A program made the translations under genes and the position numbers. Of a DNA stretch of 64,000 bases, positions 56,918 through 64,000 are shown piece by piece. Below the pieces are notes generated by a model. That model did no database searches, was not told where the DNA came from, and saw only the letters and a program-made list of their open reading frames with translations. Position 1 is the stretch's first letter, and each line of letters begins with the position of its first letter. Origin of the DNA: Candidatus Woesearchaeota archaeon UBA153 (GTDB lineage Archaea > Nanobdellota > Nanobdellia > Woesearchaeales > UBA525); assembly GCA_002503705.1 (NCBI GenBank), contig DASH01000042.1, forward strand, positions 25,950 to 89,949, read 5' to 3'.

Positions 56918-57082
56918 AGATTAACTCGTTCAAAGTTTGTTCCGATGGCGGCATTCTCTCAGCAAACCCTTCTGAGGAACGCATATGATTTCGTATGAGT
57001 TTTTATTCCTTTCGGGTGATAAGGAATCTTTTTAAGGGGGACTTACCGGGTTTTCTTTCTTCGCAGTGATGGTCGGTCCATA

Positions 57083-57544
57083 GTGTCACAGTTACCTCGT
57101 CCGGACCCGCAGCCGTATGAAGGCGTTCTGCACATTCACCGACCTTCTCCTCGAGCGCCCACTCGCGACTCCCCGCTCCTCGCCGAGCCGGAACCGCTCG
57201 TCCTCTCATTCCAGGCCTCGTTCGGGTATCGCGGCGTCTCCTACTCAGTCAAGTATGGCGATGACATGGCGCGGCCGTACGTCACGGTGGCCACGCGCGG
57301 CTGCGCGGACATGGTCGATTACTTCTCCGTCGTGAAACAGCTGGAACTGCTCGGCAAAGGTTACGAGGACAACCTGGCGCGCACCGACACGCAAGACGGC
57401 ATCCGCGGCGTCATCCGGTTCCACGACGCGCTCTCGCAGAGCGGAATCGAGTCGTTCTTAGGCGAGACTCGGGGCTTGGAGAAACTGAGAAAAGAAGTGA
57501 AGTATTTCGGCAACCTGTACGCGTTCCCGGAAGTGCGCGGTTAA
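57083..57544 (+). CDS. hypothetical protein (start uncertain)
   Basis: 153-aa ORF divergent from the RelA/SpoT islet. Confidence 0.35.
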   Translation: MSQLPRPDPQPYEGVLHIHRPSPRAPTRDSPLLAEPEPLVLSFQASFGYRGVSYSVKYGDDMARPYVTVATRGCADMVDYFSVVKQLELLGKGYEDNLARTDTQDGIRGVIRFHDALSQSGIESFLGETRGLEKLRKEVKYFGNLYAFPEVRG

Positions 57545-57545
57545 G

Positions 57546-57633
57546 GCTGGCGCGGCCAAAGTTATAGTTTTCGTTCTTCAGTGCACGAACGTACTCGCAT
57601 GCACTTGTACGAGGAGATCCGTGCCGCGTCAGC
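57546..57633. repeat. 88-bp intergenic palindromic element, copy B
   Basis: GCTGGCGCGGCCAAAGTTATAGTT ... GTGCCGCGTCAGC starting 2 nt after stop codon. Confidence 0.55.
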
Positions 57634-57663
57634 ACGAGACGAGCCATGCTCGGCGAAGAACTC

Positions 57664-58275
57664 TTACGGTCGTTCCCACGAAACTTGGTAGTACGTCACG
57701 TCGCCTTCCTCGTCGACGATGCCGAGGAGCAGGTGCTTCTTCGTGCTGTGCGCGACCCTGTTCTTTGCGGAGAAGTCGTGCCACGTCAACGATTGGCTCT
57801 CGTGGATCGGGTAGAGAATCCACTTCGCGTGGTCCTCGCCGGGCTTGACGCCGCGCTCGTACACTCGGAAATCCGCGCCGAACTTCAACGCGGTCTTGAC
57901 GATATAGCCGCGGTTGCGCATGTCCCGGAAGACCAAGTATTTCGTCCAGAAGCTCTTCTGCGCCTGCTTGGCTTTTCGGATGAAGGTTTGGATGGGAACT
58001 TCCTTGTTGCGCGGCGTGACGATCTTGAGCTTCTCCTTCTCTGCGAGGTAGAGCGCTTCGTAGAGGCTCAACTGGATTCGGCCGCTGCCGTCGGGTTCGC
58101 CGAGCCTGCTCTGACTGTAGAAGTCTCTCGCGCCGTCGCTGTTCTCCGTCAAGACCTGATCGTGGCCGAGGACTGCAAGGACGACGTCTTTGCGCTTCGG
58201 CTCGTTCGCCGGAGTCGCCGTCACGCTTCCCGTCGTGGTCGTCACGGTCGCTTTCTTCACGCTCTTCTTCGCCAT
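57664..58275 (-). CDS. endA: tRNA-splicing endonuclease subunit (EndA) with Lys/Thr-rich N-terminal extension
   Basis: Catalytic C-terminal domain GADFRVYERG...HAKWIL...HSTKKHLLLGIV. Confidence 0.75.
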   Translation of the reverse strand: MAKKSVKKATVTTTTGSVTATPANEPKRKDVVLAVLGHDQVLTENSDGARDFYSQSRLGEPDGSGRIQLSLYEALYLAEKEKLKIVTPRNKEVPIQTFIRKAKQAQKSFWTKYLVFRDMRNRGYIVKTALKFGADFRVYERGVKPGEDHAKWILYPIHESQSLTWHDFSAKNRVAHSTKKHLLLGIVDEEGDVTYYQVSWERP

Positions 58276-58378
58276 CCGCTTTCGGGTCGCGGCGAGGTTT
58301 TTATAGTTACGGATGAATATTTATTTTCTATATGGTAATAAGTCGGTTTTAAATAACGCCGCGCGTTCCTCGGACGTC

Positions 58379-59290
58379 ATGACTCTCGAGATCACCTTCC
58401 TCGGTACCAGTTCGATGGTCCCGACGAAGGAGCGGAACGTGCAGGCCATCCTGCTCGACTACAACGGCGAACTCTTGCTCTTCGACTGCGGCGAAGGAAC
58501 TCAGAGGCAGATGAACATCGCCGGGTTCAGCAGAGCCAGAGTCAAGAAGGTCTTCCTCACACACTGGCATGGCGACCACGTGGGAGGGCTCATCAGCCTC
58601 ATCCAGACGATCTTCAACGGCGAGTACCACGACACGCTGCACGTCTACGGTCCGAAAGGGACGAAGCTCCGCCTCGAGCACTTGCGGAAGAGCGTCGACT
58701 TCGAGAACGAGATACGTCTTGAAGTGCACGAGCTCAACCCGGAACCGCGCGAGATTATCACCGCCTACGAAGGCGAGGAGTACCTAGTCGAGTGCACGCC
58801 GATGCGCCACGGCACGCCGACGATCGCGTACGCGTTCGTCGAGAAAGACAAGCGTCGCGTCGACATGGCCGCGGCGGCGAAGCACGGCTTGAAGACCGGT
58901 CCGCTCGTCGGCAAGCTGCAGCGCGGCGAGACCGTCGAGTTCAAGGGCAAGACGATTACCGCCGAAGAGGTCACGTACGTGCGCACGGGCAAGAAGGTCG
59001 CGCTCATCCCGGACACGACACTGAACGACGCCGCACCGCTCCTCGCGGAGAACGCGGACGTCATGATCTGCGAGTCGACGTACGGCGGCGAGCACGAGGA
59101 GAAGGCCGCCGAGTACAAGCACTTGACGGCAGCGCAAGCCGCGCTCATCGCCCAACAAGCCGGCGTGAAACGCCTCATCCTCACGCATTTCAGCCAGCGC
59201 TACACGAGCGTCAACCACCTCTTAGACGAAGCGAGAACCCACCACCCGAACGTCGAACTCGCGCACGACTTCTACCGGGTTACGGTCTGA
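58379..59290 (+). CDS. rnz: ribonuclease Z (tRNA 3' processing, metallo-beta-lactamase)
   Basis: LTHWHGDHVGG and tRNase Z exosite region; start chosen at MTLEITFLGT. Confidence 0.85.
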   Translation: MTLEITFLGTSSMVPTKERNVQAILLDYNGELLLFDCGEGTQRQMNIAGFSRARVKKVFLTHWHGDHVGGLISLIQTIFNGEYHDTLHVYGPKGTKLRLEHLRKSVDFENEIRLEVHELNPEPREIITAYEGEEYLVECTPMRHGTPTIAYAFVEKDKRRVDMAAAAKHGLKTGPLVGKLQRGETVEFKGKTITAEEVTYVRTGKKVALIPDTTLNDAAPLLAENADVMICESTYGGEHEEKAAEYKHLTAAQAALIAQQAGVKRLILTHFSQRYTSVNHLLDEARTHHPNVELAHDFYRVTV

Positions 59291-59294
59291 CGAT

Positions 59295-59960
59295 TCACTC
59301 GAGCGTTATCTTGCCTTCGAGCTCCGCTTGCCGGACGAAGTACGAGAACGCGAGCAGATGCGGGAGCGCTCGCGACGACCGGACGACTTTCGGGTCGTCG
59401 AAGAAGTCCAAGTAGAGACCGACGGCGAGGCACGCATCGTCCGCGAGCATCAGGACTCGCGACGCATCCGCTCCCCGCTGGCGTTCAAGCTCTCGCTCCG
59501 CGATCTCGCCAATCGTGCCGAGCGGGTACTCGGGTTTGAGGTACTTATCGACGACGCGCGCCGTCCGCACGGAGAGCTTCGGCTCCTGCGTGGCGAGCGC
59601 CACGTCCCGCAAGATGGCGACGTCACGACGGCTCGTCGCGACGTCTTCTGTGGAGTTCTCCGTGAGGAACGCGTACACCGCCTTGTTGCGGAACGTCCGG
59701 ATGAGGAGACGCGCCCTGCCGGCGAGGTCGCCGTCGCTCGCTTCGAGCGTCGGGTTGAGCTCGTTCGCGAGCGCGAGGAGGACGACGGTGTCGTTGAGGT
59801 ACGGTGCATACGCTTTTCCCGCCGCGGCGACCATGGTCGGCGGCACGCTCGCGAGCAGATTCTCGAACACGAGACGGTCCAAGCCGTCACGGTACTGTTT
59901 GTTGTATGCTGCAGCGATCTTCTCGACTGTCGGCGGTTGTCTCATGCGATGATTACCCAA
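59295..59960 (-). CDS. hypothetical protein
   Basis: 221-aa ORF. Confidence 0.35.
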   Translation of the reverse strand: MGNHRMRQPPTVEKIAAAYNKQYRDGLDRLVFENLLASVPPTMVAAAGKAYAPYLNDTVVLLALANELNPTLEASDGDLAGRARLLIRTFRNKAVYAFLTENSTEDVATSRRDVAILRDVALATQEPKLSVRTARVVDKYLKPEYPLGTIGEIAERELERQRGADASRVLMLADDACLAVGLYLDFFDDPKVVRSSRALPHLLAFSYFVRQAELEGKITLE

Positions 59961-59963
59961 GGT

Positions 59964-61553
59964 TCACGCTTGTCGTTCACGTTGTCTCGTCCGCAGCTCC
60001 GTGTACTCTTTCACGCCTTTGCCCGTCGGGTACTGGCCGTTCGTGCACGCCATGCACAACTTCTCCGCTGGTAAGCCGATCGCTTGGTACAGGCCGCGGT
60101 GCGAGATGTAGTTGACCGAGTCGGCGTAGACGTGCTGCGCGATCGCCGGCATGTTCGCGCCCAGCTTGTGCGCGATCAGCTCTTCGTACTGCGGCGTGTC
60201 AATCCCATAGGGGCACGGGAAGAGGATTGGCGGGAAGCCGATGAACGCGTGGATCTCGCGCGCTCCCAACTCGCGGAGCCGAGCGTTCACGTACCGCATC
60301 GTGTCCGCGCGGACGATGCTGTCGTCCACGACGGCGACGCGCCGACCGTCCACTTGGCTCTTGATGAACTCGTACTTCAACCGGAGCGCGGCCTGTCGTC
60401 TTTCCGGGCTGCGCTCTTGGAAGACCCTTTTGGAAAAATGCGGGTTCTTGATGACTCCCTCGCCGTGCGGGGTGATGAGGCCGTTCCGGGCCATCTCGAC
60501 GATTTCGCGGCCAGCAATGCTCGGACCGATGGCGGCGTACCGCAGGAAGTCGTCGAAGTTGAGTCCGGTCATCGCGTCAGCGAACCCTTTTGCGATGGGC
60601 CGCGGCGAGTCGGGGATGGGCATGACGAGATCAATCTTGCCCTGGAACTCAGGGTGCTCTTTCGCGAGCTGGTGACCAATCGCGATACGCGCGTCGTACA
60701 CGCTCACACCTTCCAGCTTGCTCGCGACGTTGGCGAAGTACGGGTACTCAAACGCGCAGTGCGCCTCGCCCTTCTTGTTGATCATGAGGTGGTGCTTGTT
60801 CAGCTCGAAGTCGATAAAGATCGCCTCTCCAGCGCTCACCGCGTGGCTGGGGCCGAAACCACCGATTGCGTGGAACGCGGTCGGTTCTGACGCGAACGCG
60901 TACGTCGAGCTTCCGTCTTCTTCCTTGCGTTCCGACCAGACGAGCGGCCTGATGCCGTACGGGTCGCGCACCGCCATGAGTCCTTGACCGTCGATGATTG
61001 TGAGGAACGAGTACGCGCCGTTCACGAAGAGCGGCGAGTCCTTGTCCATGAGCTCGTGGAGTGCCGGTCTGAGGCGGCGGTGGATGTACGCTTTCGTGTC
61101 CGTTGTCGTCGCCTCGTGCTGTCTGAGCCCTTGGCCGAGCGCGCCGAGCAAGAGTTCAACGTCGCACGTCGTGTTCAGGCTCCACTCGTGGCCGCGCAAG
61201 CTTTTCTCGAGCGTGACGAGGTTGGCGACTTGGCCGTTATGGCAGCCGACGATACCCGGTCTGGTGATGCGCAGGGGTTGGATGTCTCGGGTCACGTCGT
61301 CCCCGCTCGTCGCGTACCGGTTGTGGCCGATTGCGAGCGTGACTGGCGAGTCGCCGTACTTCCTGAAGAACTCTTCTGTGTATGTCTCGCTTGCGGGCTT
61401 GGCCTCGTTGATGAGCGGTACGAAGCGACGATGCTCGACACTATACCCCGCGATGCCCGTGGACTCTTTCCCCCGGTTCTCGAGCGCGAGCAAGCCTTGC
61501 ACGACCTTGTCTAAGACTGGCCGTCGGCTGATGACTCCGATAACCCCGCACAT
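59964..61553 (-). CDS. purF: amidophosphoribosyltransferase-like (class II glutamine amidotransferase + PRTase)
   Basis: MCGVIGV Ntn start; C-terminal PRPP motif VAVVDDSIVRADT. Confidence 0.7.
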   Translation of the reverse strand: MCGVIGVISRRPVLDKVVQGLLALENRGKESTGIAGYSVEHRRFVPLINEAKPASETYTEEFFRKYGDSPVTLAIGHNRYATSGDDVTRDIQPLRITRPGIVGCHNGQVANLVTLEKSLRGHEWSLNTTCDVELLLGALGQGLRQHEATTTDTKAYIHRRLRPALHELMDKDSPLFVNGAYSFLTIIDGQGLMAVRDPYGIRPLVWSERKEEDGSSTYAFASEPTAFHAIGGFGPSHAVSAGEAIFIDFELNKHHLMINKKGEAHCAFEYPYFANVASKLEGVSVYDARIAIGHQLAKEHPEFQGKIDLVMPIPDSPRPIAKGFADAMTGLNFDDFLRYAAIGPSIAGREIVEMARNGLITPHGEGVIKNPHFSKRVFQERSPERRQAALRLKYEFIKSQVDGRRVAVVDDSIVRADTMRYVNARLRELGAREIHAFIGFPPILFPCPYGIDTPQYEELIAHKLGANMPAIAQHVYADSVNYISHRGLYQAIGLPAEKLCMACTNGQYPTGKGVKEYTELRTRQRERQA

Positions 61554-61647
61554 GACGTCTGAGAATAAAGCGCCTCTTAAAAGTGTTTCTCTCCCGGAGT
61601 GCTCACTCTAGTTTGTCGAGCATGGCGCGGTCAGCGTGTCGTGTTCG

Positions 61648-61811
61648 CTGGACGCAGTCCAGTTAGTGTTGGCGCGTCCCGGATTGTCTCGTTCATCAGG
61701 AGTTTCTCGTTCTCGCGCGTTTCGCAGTTCTCGTCCGTCGTGTTTTTCTCGTCGAAAAACAGCGTCGTCCGTACGATTCGTGCCAAGACTATGAATTCCT
61801 GCCGCGCCAGC
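61648..61811. repeat. longer degenerate copy (C) of the intergenic palindromic element, beginning with CTGGACGCAGTCCAG hairpin
   Basis: TTGGCGCG left arm ... TGCCGCGCCAGC right arm; same hairpin as copy A. Confidence 0.45.
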
Positions 61812-61847
61812 CAGTACCCGTCTGACGACGGGCCGAAGTCTGCGGGC

Positions 61848-62066
61848 TTATTTCCCCGCGAGCTTGACGTCGTCCGCTTTGACGGTGCGTCGGCCAGCGT
61901 GCTGCATGAGCGTGACCGCTTTGACGGCGAGCGCGTCAGCGTGCGACTCCAAGATTTCCCGGAAGGCTTCCTGGGCGTCCTTGCCGACTCTCGGCGCGCC
62001 CGCGCGCTTCAACAACTTCTCCATGCCGAGAAGGGACAGGATTGGTTCTTTCGCCATGATGGTCAC
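61848..62066 (-). CDS. archaeal histone (HMf-like)
   Basis: 72 aa histone fold; KDAQEAFREILE...LMQHAGRRTVKADDVKLA. Confidence 0.8.
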   Translation of the reverse strand: MTIMAKEPILSLLGMEKLLKRAGAPRVGKDAQEAFREILESHADALAVKAVTLMQHAGRRTVKADDVKLAGK

Positions 62067-62190
62067 CTCGAACTACGAAAAAGGAATTATTACGAGTTTA
62101 TTAATTTTCACCCGTATTATAACTCTTTCTTAACCAGCCACTGGTCACGTTCGCCTAACGTTTAAATACCGCTTCGTCTTCGAGCAAGTC

Positions 62191-62574
62191 ATGAGCGCGA
62201 AATCCCGAGGCATCAGCGGCGAGCGAGACTTGATTCACAAGTTCTGGGCCGAAGGCTGGGCGAGCCTCCGCGTCGCCGGCTCGGGCAGCAGCCAGTATCC
62301 TTCTCCTGACGTTCTCGCGTCGAATAACGTGCGCAAGCTCGCCATCGAGGCGAAGATCACGACCGCGACGAGCAAGAACTTCCCGAAGGAAGAAATAGAA
62401 TCGTTGCGTTTCTTCGCGGAGAAGTTCGGCGCGGAGCCGTGGATCGCCATCCGGTTCTACCGCGAGCCGTGGAAGTTCTACACCCTCGAAGACCTGCACG
62501 CGACGCCGGGCGGCTTCAGCGTCCGTCAAGAAGACAAGGACAAGGGCTTATCGTTCGAAGAATTGATTGCGTAA
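62191..62574 (+). CDS. hjc: Holliday-junction resolvase Hjc
   Basis: GERDLIHKFWAEGW, SGSS, PDVLA, IEAK catalytic pattern. Confidence 0.8.
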   Translation: MSAKSRGISGERDLIHKFWAEGWASLRVAGSGSSQYPSPDVLASNNVRKLAIEAKITTATSKNFPKEEIESLRFFAEKFGAEPWIAIRFYREPWKFYTLEDLHATPGGFSVRQEDKDKGLSFEELIA

Positions 62575-62589
62575 GAGTTTCTGCAATCT

Positions 62590-63201
62590 TTATCGTACGA
62601 GCCGCGCCGTCTTCGGGTCGAAGAGGAACGCGTCTTTCTCGTCGAACCAGCCGCAGCGGAAGCTGTCGAGCGGCAAGTTCGTCCGTTGGCTGAGCATGAC
62701 GGCGTACGCGTAGACTTGGAGCGCCGCGTGCTTCTCTTTCGCCGCGTTCGGCTTGTAGTCCCACACCCATACCTTGCCGTCGTCGACGCGCAAGACGTCG
62801 ATGTGGCCGCTCAACGGCCCCGGCTCGTCGCAGTGCGTCATGAGCTCGTGCTCGTGCATGTCCAGCCACAACGGCACCTCGACGGCCAAGCTCTTCGTGT
62901 CGCGCTCGAGCATGTGCATCTCGACCGTGCTGTGGCGGCTCATCGTGCGCGGCGCGTGTGCGCGCTTCGCGAGCGAGCACACTTCATGGCCGCGCGCGTC
63001 CTTCACGTCCGCGATCAAGGGCACGCGCAGCTTGCTCGACCGCGGCCCGGTCAGGAATTTCTCGTCGGGACAGTTCGTGAAGACGTCGTCCAAGAACAGT
63101 TTCAACGGCGCCAAGCCGTTATCACAGAGTCGTTCACTCTTGTCTTCGTGCAGGCGATAGTGGTACCACCAGCCGTGACTGAACGATTTATGCTTGATCA
63201 A
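62590..63201 (-). CDS. PD-(D/E)xK nuclease of RecB/Cas4-like superfamily
   Basis: HIDVLRVDDGKVWVWDYKP and QVYAYAV motifs (motif II, III, QhxxY). Confidence 0.5.
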   Translation of the reverse strand: MIKHKSFSHGWWYHYRLHEDKSERLCDNGLAPLKLFLDDVFTNCPDEKFLTGPRSSKLRVPLIADVKDARGHEVCSLAKRAHAPRTMSRHSTVEMHMLERDTKSLAVEVPLWLDMHEHELMTHCDEPGPLSGHIDVLRVDDGKVWVWDYKPNAAKEKHAALQVYAYAVMLSQRTNLPLDSFRCGWFDEKDAFLFDPKTARLVR

Positions 63202-63253
63202 GATGCGAGAATGGGTAAAGGGATTCTTTAAATGGTTTTAGTTCTGAAAACGC

Positions 63254-63487
63254 CTATCTGCGCTTCAGCTTCCTCTCGATCTCGCGCTCTTCGCGTTCAA
63301 TCTTCCGCTCCTCGACGATAATCTTCTCGGCGAGCATCTCGATGTGCTTGTCGATGCGCGCGACGCGGCGCTCCATGATGACGAGGATGCGCAAGCTGTA
63401 GACGATCGCGGCGAGCGTGCCGATGATGACTGCCAGGATGACTGTGTCCAATGCCATGGGAAAAACCACCTCTCTTATCGAGTGCAA
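63254..63487 (-). CDS. small TM plus coiled-coil protein
   Basis: 77 aa: hydrophobic N-terminus, charged ERKIEREEREIERK tail. Confidence 0.4.
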   Translation of the reverse strand: MHSIREVVFPMALDTVILAVIIGTLAAIVYSLRILVIMERRVARIDKHIEMLAEKIIVEERKIEREEREIERKLKRR

Positions 63488-63502
63488 CGACGACGCGACT
63501 AT

Positions 63503-63937
63503 TTAAAGGTTTTCCCTCTTGGACGTCACGTGCATGAGCGTGCGGAGCGTTTGGACGCCGCGGTCTGCGAGCTGCCGGACGCGTTCCCGGCTCATCCCGC
63601 CGTACCGGTCGCCAATCTCCTCCAGCGTCAGCCCGAACTCGTTCGCGTAGTGGAGGGTGATAATCTCGCGGACGCGTTCATCCTTAATCCGAGGCACGAA
63701 CCGTCCGAAGACGCGTTCTGCGTCGAGCGTTCGATTCAAGTGCTGTTCGAGCTGGAGGGTCCTCGGGTCGGGAATCACGTCTGTGTACGTGTGTCTTTCC
63801 GGATGGTCGTACTTCCCGCCGACGACGTCGTCGAACGAGAGAATCTTCGGGTGGAGCATCTGCAGGATGTGTCTCTCGTGCTTCTCCTTCTTCGCCGTCG
63901 CGGCATCCTTCATCTCTCGCTTGCTCCGTTCATACAT
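63503..63937 (-). CDS. protein with C-terminal sigma-70 region-4-like HTH; N-terminus may extend beyond window end
   Basis: VREIITLHYANEFGLTLEEIGDRYGGMSRERVRQLADRGVQTLR. Confidence 0.45.
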   Translation of the reverse strand: MYERSKREMKDAATAKKEKHERHILQMLHPKILSFDDVVGGKYDHPERHTYTDVIPDPRTLQLEQHLNRTLDAERVFGRFVPRIKDERVREIITLHYANEFGLTLEEIGDRYGGMSRERVRQLADRGVQTLRTLMHVTSKRENL

Positions 63938-64000
63938 CTTGTCGTACGCATCTCGTGGGAGCGGGATGTACTTCGCCTCGTTCCGGACGGTGCGGTGGCA

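Overview
High-GC (roughly 60-65%) archaeal chromosomal segment. The backbone is the large archaeal ribosomal-protein operon (uL3 through uL15, then SecY and a DUF106 membrane protein) on the + strand at 11.5-27.5 kb, flanked by information-processing genes. These include Hef helicase/nuclease, a compact primase fusing PriS and the PriL Fe-S C-terminal domain, PheS/PheT, Pelota, FEN-1, Trm5-like, PAN, RFC small subunit, EndA, RNase Z, a histone and Hjc. The fused primase, the missing Rpp29 and adenylate kinase in the r-protein cluster, and the many signal-peptide/lipobox surface proteins suggest a reduced, possibly DPANN-like archaeon. This lineage call is inference. Several accessory features interrupt the housekeeping context. 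(1) A five-gene tandem array of paralogous secreted/lipoprotein/polytopic proteins with CARDB-like beta-sandwich motifs at 36.4-43.4 kb. (2) A bacterial-type aminoglycoside-resistance-family 16S rRNA m7G1405 methyltransferase (FmrO/RmtB-like) fused to a second SAM-methyltransferase domain. (3) A low-GC islet encoding a RelA/SpoT-domain (alarmone-synthetase/toxSAS-like) protein preceded by six regularly spaced CGCATGCG palindromes. (4) A stand-alone homolog of the thumb region of diversity-generating-retroelement reverse transcriptases fused to a sigma-70 region-4-like helix-turn-helix. (5) A family of four intergenic about 85-bp (one about 160-bp) elements bounded by 11-bp inverted repeats GCTGGCGCGGC/GCCGCGCCAGC. 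(6) A giant surface protein carrying recently duplicated cysteine-rich repeats. (7) Other low-GC single-gene islets: a secreted HExxH peptidase and a NUDIX hydrolase. No rRNA, tRNA or CRISPR array was recognised. Many long ORFs in the six-frame track are antisense or out-of-frame artefacts of high GC.
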